Assembly: GCF_009914755.1 (NCBI RefSeq)
Contig: NC_060926.1
Direction: 5' to 3' (one strand)
Source of the DNA: the human T2T-CHM13v2.0 reference genome, Homo sapiens
Length of the DNA stretch: 64,000 nucleotides
Shown here: piece by piece, positions 41,556 through 56,698 of the stretch
Layout: the number at the start of each line of letters is the position of its first letter
How positions within the stretch are numbered: the stretch's first letter is position 1
Translations under genes and position numbers: made by a program
The notes under the pieces: generated by a model
The model's database searches: none
Seen by the model: the letters and a program-made list of their open reading frames with translations, nothing else
What the model was told of the DNA's origin: nothing

Positions 41556-44417
41556 ATTTCCTGTTATAATTTTCTATTTTGTTAATTCATCTTCAGCCTT
41601 TTGCAAGCCCTTTTAGCGTACCTAAAATTAAAAGACATCTATAATATAATGTATATTCCTATCAAAATCTACAGAAAAAAATTGCTGCTGCTACTCCTAT
41701 AACCATATCCCCTATTATCACCACCATTACTGTCTAATGAACACCACTTATATGCTAGCAACTGTGCTAGATGATGTATCGCTTACGTTACTTAATCATA
41801 AGTACCTCTACAATCTCCCATTTCACACTTGAAGAAACTGAAGCCAAATGACTTTCCAAAAATAACACAGCTAGCATGTACTCACACAAGACGTACGTCC
41901 CTGTTTCTGATGGAATGCACCACTCTTTCCAGTACACTATACTACTACCTCTCCACATTAAGTATGTCAGCACCATATGCCATGTGATCCCAACATTCAT
42001 ATATGTCATGGATTTTTTTTCACAGTTCCTATTACATGGCATCTAAACTTTTAGGATTAAATGAAATAGGCACACACTGAGGACAAAACTTTTCTTAAAA
42101 TAATCCATGTCTTGTCGACAAAATATTATTTTGATTCTTAGCAGAATTTTTCTTCTTATAAATGCAATGCTTAAACAGGCTTGCCTATATCAGAAATTAG
42201 AAAAAGGGTTTATTTATATGTTAACTAAATATAGTGTGACAAAGACACATGGCTGTTACAGACAAGTTTTACATACTAATGAAATGTAGGACCAAAAAGA
42301 ATTATAGGGACTATTTACCTCAGGCAATACAACCATTCAGAAGATGTTACGATCTATGTAAGAAGCACACATTCTGAAATTATTGGTCAAGGTTTTTAGA
42401 GTTTGCAAGAAAATGAATATGAAAGAGAACTCCATGAAAAGGGTATCATTTGGTATCTGAGTCTAGTAATAGCATCCTTCTTTTTAAGAGAACACATTAG
42501 TTTAAAAAAAAGGATCTCTCAAAGATTTCTTAATTTCAAATAAAAATGGAAACTGAATATTATATTGTTACATTAAAAATACTGGAAAATAGTTACATTC
42601 ACACTAAAACAGTAATAAAATTAAAATTATTTATTAAAATAATTCCCTATTTCTGGACCTGTTTCACTGATGCCTCACAATCTTGCCCTAAAAGCAAAAT
42701 AATCCCTTTCTGCTTATCTCATGAACATGCTATGTGAACTATATGTGAAACATAAAGCTGGTTTGTAAACTTAAAAACAAATGTTCCATAGTCAGTCATG
42801 AGATGTTTGTTGAATAAAAGAGGAAATGGGTTAATTAACTAGTACATCTTCATTTCTTTAGGACTCCCCAGAGTACCAGATACATAACAAATATCAATGT
42901 CAACATACTTCCAAGGCCCAAAAAAACTACTCTGAAATAATACTGACTTACACCTTCTTAATCAGAGAACTCGCCCTGAACCCTTTTTTTTTCTTTAAAT
43001 AGGAAGATAAGAACCCATTCTATCAAGATCTAAAGTGCCCACAGTGCCAGAAGACATGCAAACCAATTACCCCTACCACCAGATCCTAACCCTGTTCCCA
43101 GCCAATAGAGGCTGTTAGGCCTTTCTTAGCTGATACAACCACAAGGTTATTCTTAGATTCAGGAACTGCCAGCATATTCCACTCTGTTAAGTACTCTGTG
43201 GACTCCTCTCTGCGGACAGTCACCTCAGAAGGCCAAACACTTTTTCCAAGTCAGAAATACAAAGCCATTTTATTGTTTTTTCCTCACAGCAGCTCAGAAA
43301 TAAACTGCACACAGGGGAATTGAATTTTGATTAGGTAACTAATCAAGTTTTCAATCTTAAAGGGAAAAGAAACACTTTTATGTTTCCCTGGAGAATCAAA
43401 AAGTAAATGCAATGCCCTAATCTTTCCATAAATATTTCATCATCCAGCCTACAGTTAAGGTGGTATTTTATTATCACAACAAAATTAGGGTAGAACTAGA
43501 ATACCAAATGAAAATTACTTCTTTTTAAATTTCAGGGAATACAAAAAGAAATAACAGGACTAGGCTATATAAAAGCATAAATAAAAAGAGATTCATCTTT
43601 GTTTACTGGAAATATGCTACACTAGTTCATTTTCACCTAACAAATTAATTGGGAATATATTTTGTACTCTGTGAATAAGCAATATGATATACACAAAGAC
43701 TCAGTATGTGAAATACTTTGGATTAAATATACATTCAGACACTTCTTTCCTACTCAAATTTCCCAACATCAAAAACATGCTCAACTTTCAAGGTCTAGAT
43801 CCAAATCTTACCTTTCCAAGAAGGCTTTCCTGATTCACCTCCTTTGCAACAGAAAGTTGCATCTCTCCCATCTCTAAGCCTATCTACCCTCCTCATATAA
43901 CACATTTTAAGATAGGTGTATCTATCTTAAAGTTGTATCTAACCTGTCTGATCTTCCCCACTAGATTACAAATTTATCTGTGGACAGGTACCACATCTGA
44001 TTCACATTTCTATTTATTTACTGAATCAAATATAATTCCTTTATATGGAACACAAGTATTCCCTAAACATTTCTGAAATAATATAAAATTTATATGACTC
44101 ACACATTTTTGCTAAACTGTTCTTTCAATGAAAGTGAAACAATATAAAGCAATTTAGAAATGTTTAAACTTATTTTTCTTTTTTTCAGCATCAGGTTCAT
44201 TTTTGATGCTTTCATTTTTAAATGAGTTTACATGTACTCATGATTAATTATAAATTTCACTCAAAAGAAGGTTAAAATTCAAAAGCCAATAGCTGCTTTG
44301 CAAGAAACATTAACATTCTTCTTATGGAAGACAACCTTCTGGAATATCCATAAAACTATGAAACTATACCAACAGTAATTGATTCTGGGACTGTTTGGGA
44401 GAAAAAGGTAATTTAGC

Positions 44418-44743
44418 TTCATTCATTCATTCATTCATTCATCCATTTATTTATTTATTTATTTGACAGAGTCTTGCTCTGTTGCCCAGACTGGAGTACA
44501 GTGGAGCGGTCACAGCTGACTGTAACCTTGAAATCCAGAGCTCAAGTGATCCTCTTGCCTCAGCCCCCGAGTAGCTTGGGCTACAGAAGTGTGCCACCAT
44601 GCCCAGCTAATTATTTTTATTTTCTGTAGAGACAGCGTCTTACTACATTGCCCAGCTAGTCTCAAATACCTACCCCCCAGCTATCCTCCTGCCATGGCCT
44701 CCCAAAGTGCTGGTATTATAGGCATGAGCCACCGCATCCAGCC
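44418..44743 (-). mobile_element. AluJ with (TTCA)n/(TTTA)n tail
   Basis: Degenerate full dimer. Confidence 0.9.
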
Positions 44744-45369
44744 AATTTACATTCTAAATTGAAAGCTGCCTAGAGTCCATTTTGGTGTCAATAAAAAAGA
44801 CAGTTCAAATTATTTCATTTCTGGAAAATCATAAACTAATATAATCATCAAAATATCATCAACTTAAGGCCTACAGTATAGTAAAAAGTAGACTTCCATC
44901 TACCTTTGATTTGTGAAGAACTGGAATAATATCCTCTGATCTTTTTAAAGGTAAATTTCTTATTAATGATTTAAATTATAAAGTGAATCAATTTGACCTA
45001 AATCAAATTTGTTCTACTGGAAATTTTAATAATATGAATATTGATGTTTTGTTTTCATATCATAAGTTTTACGCTGTTGTAATAACACAAAAAGTCTCCA
45101 CGTTTGCCTATTCAAATCCACAAGAGTAAAATAAAGTATCAAAAGACACTAGAAGTTCCCTTCAGGTTGGATACTCTCTTTATCACCAAAAGATGAAGAA
45201 GAGGTTCTTCGAAGGGATTCAGGCAAAAATAGTGACATAATCTCCCATCTCAAACTAGAGTTTATCTTCATCCTTTACAGTTTTGCATCATAAACAGAAA
45301 CATGACCCACAAGTAGAAACCACTCTAAATCTTATTTAATCTTAATATTAATTTCACCAGAAGTATATC

Positions 45370-45680
45370 ATACCTTGAGAACATTACGCTAAAAAAAAAA
45401 AAAAGTCAATAAATGAACAAGTACTGTATTTCCACTTACATGCCATACCTAGAGAAGTCAGATTCATTGAGATACAAAGCAGAAATGTGGTTGCCAAGGG
45501 CTAGGTGGGAAGATGGGGAGATGTTTAATAGGTATAGAGTTTCAGTTTTACAAGATAGAGTTCCAGAGATTGGTTGCATAGCAACGTGAATGTACTTAAC
45601 AATGTTGAACTGTACACTTAAAAATAGTTAAGATGGCAAATTTTATGTTAGGTGTATTTTACAATTCAATATTTTTTAAG
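45370..45680 (+). mobile_element. L1MB-like 3' end
   Basis: gtggttgccaagggct...tatagagtttcagttt...gaactgtacacttaaaaatagttaagatggcaaatttt. Confidence 0.8.
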
Positions 45681-45706
45681 ATAAAATTAAAAGTGTATCA
45701 TGGCCA

Positions 45707-46005
45707 GGATGGGCACAGTGGCTCACGCCTGTAATCCCAGCACTTTGGGAGGCCGAGGCGGGTGGATCTCAAGGTCAGGAGATCAAGACCATCCTGGCTA
45801 ATACGGTGAAACCCCATCTCTACTAAAAAATAAAAAAAATTAGTCGGGCGTGGTGGCGGGTGCCTGTAGTCCCAGCTACTCAGGAGGCTGAGGCAGGAGA
45901 ATGGCATGAACCCAGGAGGCGGAGCTTGCACTGAGCCGAGATCGCGCCACTGCACTCCAGCCTGGGCAACACAGAGAGACTCTGTCTCAAAAAAAAAAAA
46001 AAAAA
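45707..46005 (+). mobile_element. AluY
   Basis: Full dimer; TSD aaaagtgtatcat(g/a)gcca. Confidence 0.95.
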
Positions 46006-46973
46006 GTGTATCATAGCCAAATGGTCCTAATGGTCCCTATGCTCAACTGAGTCAACAAGATATAAAGATATAAAGTGTGATTTATGAATGCACAAAAAAT
46101 GTATTCGCTCTGAATAGGATTGTAGAAGAACACAACTAGAATTATCTCCATGTTTACAGTCTGAGAAAGCCAACAACAGGTTTCCTTTCCAGATTCGGTT
46201 TCAAGAGAATGCTTCTGACTGCATCTTATTTACTTTGTCACACTACCTTGTATTTTCTAAATCTGCTCACGTAATCATTTATTCATCCAACAGTCATTAA
46301 CCATCATTTCACGTATGCACTATATTCACAGCACTTTATTAGGAGATATGTGTTAGTCTTGTTATTTTAAAAAAATTGTCACAGGATACTATGACATCTG
46401 CAAACAGAATAGTACCCTCCAAATTGGTCACTAGAAGGGTGAGTGACCCTCCAGAATGGGTAAGTGACAATGACTCATCAGTAGGGAGAAAAGAATGCCA
46501 GACTTCTTTACCTGATGACACTCCCCAGTTAAAATTGGGAATTGGAAAACTTCTGGAGACCCTGAATTTCCTGTTGCACCATCAAGTGGGGCAGAGAGCA
46601 CAAAAGGAACAAGGCCCAAGGAAAGCAGGAATGACCCAGGGTTAGCAAGAGAATAAAGTACCAAAGCCATCAGTTAAAGCATGTAGAGCACAAAGAGGCC
46701 CTAAGGAAGAACCCTTCTGCCAACAGGATTGTCATACAATTTATCACACTGTTTTGCAACATTGTTCTAAATGAAGGCAGGTGACTGTGCTTTCTGTGCT
46801 CTAGGAAAACAGCAGTTTCTGAAGATGGGGACTAGGTATATACTGACATAAGATTAAATTGGCATCCTATGTGATCTAAACCACTGGTGACCTAAAATTG
46901 TTCACTCAGTCACTTTTTAGCCTTACTGATAAGCCATAAAATTACTGTGAAACCAAAGGTCAAGAATAATTAG

Positions 46974-47477
<504 letters not shown>

Positions 47478-47857
47478 TAGTAACAGCTTTTCTAAGAGGG
47501 CGAGAAGAATCAACAGAGATTCCATCAACAGAGTTTTCCCATTAATACTATAAAATATTTTAAATACTGCAATATTTCAAATATACTAACTATAATTCAG
47601 TATTTTCTTACTGATTCTGGAGATAATATAGGAATATAAATGAGTATCAATTCTCATTGTTCAGTAAACATATAATTGTCACAGCATTTCTTAATGAACA
47701 GATATGGAAAAATAGAGTTTATTTCCAGATATTAAAAGTAATGAAGTCTAAATGCAATGTGGTATCCTGGACTGTATCCTCAAACAGAAAAAGGATATTA
47801 GTTAAAAAAAAAAACTGTTAAATCCAAATAAATCTGTAGTTAGCTCACAGTACTGTA

Positions 47858-48774
<917 letters not shown>

Positions 48775-49859
48775 TTCCAGTGCTAATTTCTAATTTCGAC
48801 AAATATGCTATGGTTATATAAGAAGAAGAAAAAAAACCTAGGTGAATAGTATATAAGAATTATCTGTATTACCTTTGCAACTGTTCTGTGTACATATTCC
48901 AGTAAGAAGTTTAAAGCAATAAGTATATGAAGTATATAAGCACATAAGACCAAGGCTTCAGCATGGGATTCTGTATTAATAATAATTGCTAACACTAAAG
49001 CAACACTTACTTGGTGCCAAGCACTGTCCTCAGTGGTTGATATACATTAACTCATTAATCATTCTCACAACACTATGAAGTAAGTGCTATGAGCATATCC
49101 ACTTTACAAGTGAGAAGACTGCAGTGCAGTTAAGAAACCCAAGATCACAAACATAGGCAACTAGATAGTCAATGCTCTTACTCCTACGCTACACTATTTC
49201 AACAGACAACTGTCAAAATACAGTCTTTTTAACCAAATTGTATTCATCACTCAGGAAATATTTTTAAATAGGAAAAGAGCAAAAATGAAAAATCTAAATA
49301 ATCTTTCTGAAATATGCTATAGGCACCAAAAAATACCCCACTGCCAAAATGCTGCTTCTAACAGAAAATCTCTATTATCTCAAGTTGTGGAAGCTAACAA
49401 AGACTGCAAAAAATGTCACCTTTGTACTTTAAAACAGCCAACTAGAATATAAAATGTAAACATTTTATAACAGTTACAAATTCAGAACAGGTGGCTATAA
49501 AAAGATGCATCAACTATGACAGCAAATGTAATTTCAAAGCTTTACAAAACTTGGTCACATTTCATCAATGTCAAATACACATGATGATTTAAGACTGACA
49601 ATATAAAACACAAAAATAGCCCATAATTTAGAAGTTTCCCAGCTTTCATAATCATAAAATGTGTCTGAATCGAAAGTGGTTAATCAAATGTTGGTTAAAT
49701 GCCAAGGCAAAAGTTCTGCCAGTGGGATCTCAAAACAGAGCAGGCAATAGGTCAACTTGGCATAACTTACTATTGCTTTGCAAAATTTAATATAGCTTGA
49801 ACTCTAAAATCTTAAATTCTATCTACCCTTCTATGCACTTAATTTGTGGTTCCTAAGTC

Positions 49860-50625
49860 ACTCATTCTTTCAAAAAAATATTTCCTGAGCTACTGGTTTG
49901 TACTAGGCACTGTTCTCAGTACTGCAGCTACATTCGTGAGCAAGAGGCAAAGTCCTTCTTTATGGATCTTACATTCACTCATGCATTTATTCATTCACTC
50001 AACAAGTATTTAACGAATGCCTACATTCCAGGCAATATTCTAACTGCAGGAGATAAGGATGGAAACAAAACACACAAAATCGCTGTCCATTGGAGCTGCT
50101 ATTTCAGAAGGGGAAACAGACAATAAATAAGATAAATAAGTAAAACACAAATTAATTAGATTACTATATAATAAATGCTAGGAAGAAAATAAAGCAGAGA
50201 AGGAAGATTTAAAATGAGAGTAGAATTTTAAATAGGAAGGCCAAGGAAGATCAGATAAAGTAGAGAAGACAAATAACCATGTAACATATTAGGAGTAAGT
50301 GCTATGAAGAGAAACAGAGTATAGGCAAAAAGCAAGGGCAAAGTGAAGCTTATATGAAAAATGTGATCAGGGAAGACCTTTATGAAGAGATATGTTGAGT
50401 AGAGATTCAGAATGAAGTAAGAGACCCAGTCACAGGATGACATGGGAGAAGGGCACACTAAATTAAAAAGACCCAGGGCAGGAGCAGGCTTGGCAAGGTC
50501 AAGGAACAGCCAGAGGCCTGTGTGGCAGGAATGGAGAGAGCAGGGGGCTCTATGCAAGCCTCCTAATGGCTGGCTGAAGACTGCACAGTGAGACAGGCAT
50601 TTGGGGAGCCATACACTTAAGAGTC
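49860..50625 (-). mobile_element. L2 3' fragments
   Basis: attcattcactcaacaagtattta...tgcctac...gtgatcagggaagacct... Confidence 0.65.
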
Positions 50626-51719
50626 TAGTGACTTGTTTCAACTCAAGTCACTAATTGACTTGAAATCAATTCAACAGATTATTAAAAGGTCATTATTACT
50701 TGCAAAATATAAGTGGAGGAGTCAAAGAAAAGAGCAAAATGAAACAGGCTGAGCCACTGAGCAATGTACACTCTCATAGAAGAATAAGGCACACACATGG
50801 AAAGTTAACGGCCATCCAAGGCAGTGAGGAGATGTCAAGGTCATTTTGTTAGTTTTCAGCATTGCTATTGACGAGAAAAAAGAAAAGAGCAGAATGAGCT
50901 GCAATTACTTATTTAGGGTATGTTTAAGTTTTCTTTCTTCATCAGTTTAAAAGCATGATGCTGTAACAGGAAGTGCTACTGCTTCGTAAAGCATCCCTGA
51001 TCACTCGTGCTGAAGAGGAGCTATGCTCTACTCATCCTCAATCCCTACCACAGTTCCATGCACGTTCGAGGTGCCCAACCAATGGTGCGTGGAAAGTGGA
51101 GGAAAGCACTCATGCACCAACAAATAGGACACTGCTCATCTGAACTGCTTCCAAGTGAGCTGAAAATGAATATCAAGTATTCAAAGAACCCTCACAACGG
51201 AAATAATTTCTAGAAGTACATCTTACTGCTCTACTTGTCATTTAGGGTAAAGCTTCAATTAGAATAAAAGAGTTCTGTCCTTAACGATGGGTTGAAACAG
51301 CAGTTGAATCCTTCAGGACCTCGGTAAACACAGACCTGGGCTTCTTCCAGGTTAGCAAGTGAAAGTCCATCTGCACTACCTGCAGGAAACTTCATAATCT
51401 CTTTTTTAAATGACACAAGAGGACCTAATTTATGCAGTCAGCAAATATTTTCAGTATACTCACTATACAAGCGCCACCCTAACTGGGATCTGAACATAAG
51501 GAAGAGATGGTCTCTGTCTTTAAGAGTTACTCGGATATTTATTAAAGAAGGAAATGAGGGAAAAAGGCAGAAATAAGTATGACTATAACACAGTGTAAAA
51601 AGTGTTACATTATGAAAATAAAGAAAGAATTATGAGTATAGGGAAAGGAGTACCTTATAGAAATCCTCCTAGAAGAGGTTATGCCTGAAGCACAAGTGTG
51701 ATTTTGCTTTGCAGTAACT

Positions 51720-52128
51720 ATGACATGGTTTAGATGTTTGTTCCCACCAAATCTCACACTCAAATGTGATTCCCAGTGCTGGAGGCGGGGTTTGGGTGGG
51801 GACAACTGGATCATGAGGGCAGATCCCTCATTAGTGGTTCAGCACCATCCCCTTGGTGATAAGTGAGTTCTCACTCAGTTAGTTCCAGTTGTTTAAGAGT
51901 CTGGGACCTCCCCCTTTTCTCTCTTGCTTCCCTCTCACCATGTGAGAGCGCTTGCTCCCCCTTCACCTTCCGCCGTGACTGGAAACTTCCTGAGGCTCTC
52001 ACCAGAAGCAGATGCCAGTGCTATGCTTCTTGTACAGTCTGTGCAACTGTGAGCCAATTAAAACTTTTCTCTTTATAAATTACCCAGCCTCAGGTATTTC
52101 TCTGTGGCAACACAAACAGACTAATACA
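51720..52128 (+). mobile_element. MaLR LTR (MSTB-like)
   Basis: atggtttagatgtttgttccc...gaagcagatgccag...ataaattacccagcctcaggtattt...gactaataca. Confidence 0.9.
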
Positions 52129-52900
52129 AACCTAAATTATGAAAGGACAGAGATATTATTGTAACCTATTGTTCATTCTCACTATTTACAACTATACAAA
52201 AAAACAGTGTGAAAGACTTTCTTGAGAACAAAGGTTAATTTTAAAAAAACTCTATTTTTTCCAAATGTGTTTGAAAACAAGCGTAACTTAAGAACTCATA
52301 AGAAATCAGTCTCTTCAAAGTTTGTCTAAACAACATATCCCCAAACAATGATGCAAAATAACATTATATTCTTTTAATTATACTCTGCTGCAATAGGGTA
52401 TGACTAAATTATTGATCACAATTTAAACTGGTTCTTGTGGCAGGCCCCATAAAGGAACCACAGGGCATTCAAAGAAAAGTGTGGCATTGGGTACTGTGCA
52501 GCTCTTTTGCAAACCAACTTTCAAATTTCAGGTTAAAATCAAATGCTTATCTAAGCAATCATCAGAAAACACTGACAATAAATGCATCCAAATCTGAGGA
52601 CATGGGGGAGGCCCTTCAGGGTGGTATGGCCTAGACAAATGTATCCAAATCGAAGGAGAAACTGCCTTTAAAAAAACCGTTAAGAGACAGTAGCCCTTTT
52701 CTCTATACTAACAATTTACAGTAGGAAAGATCATTTCCATTTTCCATTCAGATTAGATTTATTCTGCAAAGAGATAGAGAACCATTGATCTAATTATATT
52801 CTGAAAACATGCATAAAATATATTTATAAAACATCATTTACATTATCCCTCACTATACAGATCTAAAAATTATTTGAAAATGAAAAAAGCATCCTGAGCA

Positions 52901-53191
52901 TTTTTTCTTTTTTTTTTTTTTTTTTGAGATGGAGTCTCGTTCTGTCGCCCAGGGGTGCGATAGCTCACTGCAAGCTCTGTCTCCTGGGTTCACGCCATTC
53001 TCCTGCCTCAGCCTCCCAAGTAGCTGGGACTACAGGCCCCTGCTACCACGCCCAGCTAATTTTTTATATTTTTAGTAGAGATGGGGTTTCACCATGTTAG
53101 CCAGGATGGTCTCGATCTCCTGACTTCATGATCCACCCGCCTCGGCCTCCCAAAGTGCTGGGATTACAGGCGTGAGCCACCGCGCCTGGCC
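52901..53191 (-). mobile_element. AluY with small internal deletions
   Basis: cccaggggtgcgatagctcactgcaagctc lacks the ctggagtgcagt segment. Confidence 0.93.
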
Positions 53192-54616
53192 CTTTTTCTT
53201 GATTTTTATCAGAACAAAGAGTTACTTTTCAAGGACTAACACTAATGTAAACTAAGGAGTTTATAATATATTCTCGGTGCTTACTGACCTACAACTTAAA
53301 GTAAATATGGGTTCAAATTCTGGCTGCCCATATATAGATTTCAGCATGCTACTGAACTTCTGTAAATCTCAGCTTTCTGTAATAACAGGGTAATACCAAA
53401 ATTATTTGAAGACCAGAAATAAGTAAGTGCCAAATACAGTAATTACTCTATACATGTTGACCATCATCATTAATACCCATGCCTAGAAATAGGATATTGA
53501 GTGGAGGCAGCAAGGGAGGAATGAGGAAACCAAATGATCCCCTAATTTGAATAACATCTCTTAGCACTGTAAGTTTCCAGTAGCTGAAATTAGTAAAAAT
53601 GATTTCAGTCAGAATTATCTTAACAGTGTACTACAAGGTACTTTACAGTATACTATAGTTAACAAGCAGATATTATAATTATCAATTCTGGTGTTACTAA
53701 AAATATGCAAAGTGAGTAAGCAAGACAGGGACTTCAACCCATTTTAAAGATAAGTAACTCAAATGCAGAAAAGATAAATCATGTAGTTAATCATTGAGCC
53801 ACACTTACTAGTGGGCTAGCTTACCTCACGTAAAAGTTCACACAAATGGATGTGTCATCTTACTCTTTTGCCTTATGCCTCTATTCAGTAACTGACCTAA
53901 GCAAGGTATGCTAAGCCCTCTTTTCTCCCAGGTGCCATTCAGGCCTGGGGCAAATGGTCTGTTTTTGAGCTATGCAGTGAGACAAATGTACTCCCTCTCC
54001 TTTATTCTCAAGAACAGATGTTCTGGCCTCTGGAAGACTACCAGGTGGTAATACAGGGACTCAATGGTTCCAACATAGGCTTTGACACTATATCACATGC
54101 CCCAACCCAATTATCAAATCACCGTGAATTAAGAGGAGGATAATTAGTCTAGTGGTAAAGCAATATTTTGATTTCCCATTTGTCTTTGTGCCTGTGGAAT
54201 TTCCTATGAAGAAAGGGTTGCTGAGCAAAGGAGGATGCAGTATTCCTGGGTTTCTGGGTCTTCCCACCTAATACTGTCAAAAACACACTTCAATTTCTAA
54301 AAGATACAACTAACTCAGACATACATTATCCTAAAAACTGTTCTAAACCAGAAAACAGTACATACTGAATACACAGAAGTAAAATCAGGAGGCTTTCAAA
54401 AAAAGGAAAAATTTGTGCTCATTAAGTTAAGGTAAGCCTGTTACACTGGAAACATTTTGGCTTCAGGACCATTTACAATAACTTAATTTTTTATCAGGAA
54501 AAAAGTTTAAATATATTACATTAAAATTATTTTTTTTAACTTTAAGGTGTTCAGCATGACAAAAAAATTATCAATATATAAAAAGAAGGTAAAATTCTGT
54601 TAACATAGTCACATAC

Positions 54617-54753
54617 CAAGCTTCGGGCAGCAAAACAGAATATTCATGTGGAGAAGTGGTCTCTGGAAAGTTGGACAGAATTGCAAGGCGATGAGGAAGC
54701 AGGTCGGAACCATGGTAAGTAAACAGAATTTCTAGGGCTTGTACATTACTTTC
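54617..54753 (-). CDS. NBAS: NBAS coding exon (exon 21), 137 bp, phase 0 to 2; early Sec39-like region
   Basis: ttttgtacag|GAAAGTAAT...GAAGCTTG|gtatgt; ESNVQALEILFTYHGSDLLPHRLAILSNFPETTSPHEYSVLLPEA(C). Confidence 0.97.
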
Positions 54754-55102
54754 CTGTACAAAAGGCAAGGGGTAAGTTTCTAATGTAAATCTAAGAAATA
54801 AAGGAGTGATTTTATATGACAACATTCAAAAACTAACTTTTTTATGCAGCTCTGATATGAAACACTTTGAAATGACCCTAGTTTTTCCTAGCCTATATCC
54901 TGTTTCTCAATCTAAGGCTATGAAAATTATTTATTTTTAAAACTCAGAATGATGGATATTAAATTAAAATTTTCTCTACACTTATTAATATTAAAACAAA
55001 AAAGAAAATGTAATATATGCACACAATAACATTAACTGCACAGCTCAAAGATTTAGAGAGTGTTAATAACCATAATTATTTTATTTACAAAAAGCAAATT
55101 AC

Positions 55103-55207
55103 CTGAGCATAAGTTCTTGCTGAGAGAACAATATTCTGATTTCTGAATTTCTTAAAGAATTCAGCATCATATCTCTGTTCAGATGCATGAGGCACTCCTA
55201 GGATTTC
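55103..55207 (-). CDS. NBAS: NBAS coding exon (exon 20), 105 bp, phase 0 to 0
   Basis: tttcccctcag|GAAATCCTA...TATGCTCAG|gtaatt; EILGVPHASEQRYDAEFFKKFRNQNIVLSARTYAQ. Confidence 0.96.
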
Positions 55208-56396
55208 CTGAGGGGAAATTTAATGAAAAGTGATTTAATGAAAAGGCTTTTAAATATGGGTGACAAGAAAATATTAAAAACCTTTACAACTCTGCCTGCC
55301 TAAATAAATAAGGCCTGAATTAATTAATTTCAACCATCAATTGTTAACTAAAGTACTACATCTGCATTATTGCCTTTATTTTGGAAAGGGCTATATTAAT
55401 AAATGTTATTTTTTTAATCCGGAAGTAAATGAAATAGGCAGTAAAAATTAAGTTAATTGCAGTAGGACAACCAAAATCAACCACCAGGTAAAAATAAGCA
55501 ACAGTTATTCATGACAATGTATTATGAGCACCTGAACCTCTATAGATGAACTTTAGTTTCACCACTGCTAGGGTGACCTATGTCAAATGCAGATTGAACC
55601 ATTCATTCATTCAACAAATATTAACCGAGTGCCACTCACCATGTGCTAAGGGAGCTGTGATAGGCACTGTGATACATTGAACAATACACTTTTCCCACCC
55701 TCTAATGTGCTTAAAATCTAGTAGGAAAGACCAGGAACAGGTGAGGGGAAATACTCAGTAAGGTGCCACAACTAGTTCTGGGAGGACAGAGAAGTGGCCC
55801 ACAAGCTGAAACATAAAAGACAATGAGAAGTTAGCCATGGAATCGCAAGTGTAGGTCTCCCTACTACAACGTATGACTTAGGGCTCATGTCTGCCATGTT
55901 TAATACTGAATCCCAGATTCCTAGCACACTGCCTGTCAGTATTCTTCTGACTGTATTTATAAATAGCCAATAAATATTTGTTGACTGAATTAATTTGCTG
56001 AGACAGGAAAGAGAAGAATGAGGAGATGTGGAGGAGGTGAGGGAGGGAGGGAGGGAGGAAGGAGAGCTGAGCAGTTCACTTGTAGATGGGTTAAGGTGGC
56101 AACTATGGCATGTCTAAAAGGAGCTATGCAGTGAGCAGGTGAATACACAGGTCAGGAGTTCTGGACTAAGATGTGAGTTAGAGATATATGGCATAGGGCT
56201 ATTAATACAGAAGTATTATTCCAAGGGAGATTAAATAGAATGAGTTTGAAAGAACCTTGAGGAACAACATTATTTAAAGGATGAACAAGGAAAAGGGAAC
56301 CTGCATCTGAAAAGTAGATGGAGGAACAGTCAGAGAAGTAAAGGGAAAAAGAATTTAATGCATACTCATGGAAACCAAAAGAAGAAAAATATTTCA

Positions 56397-56698
<302 letters not shown>

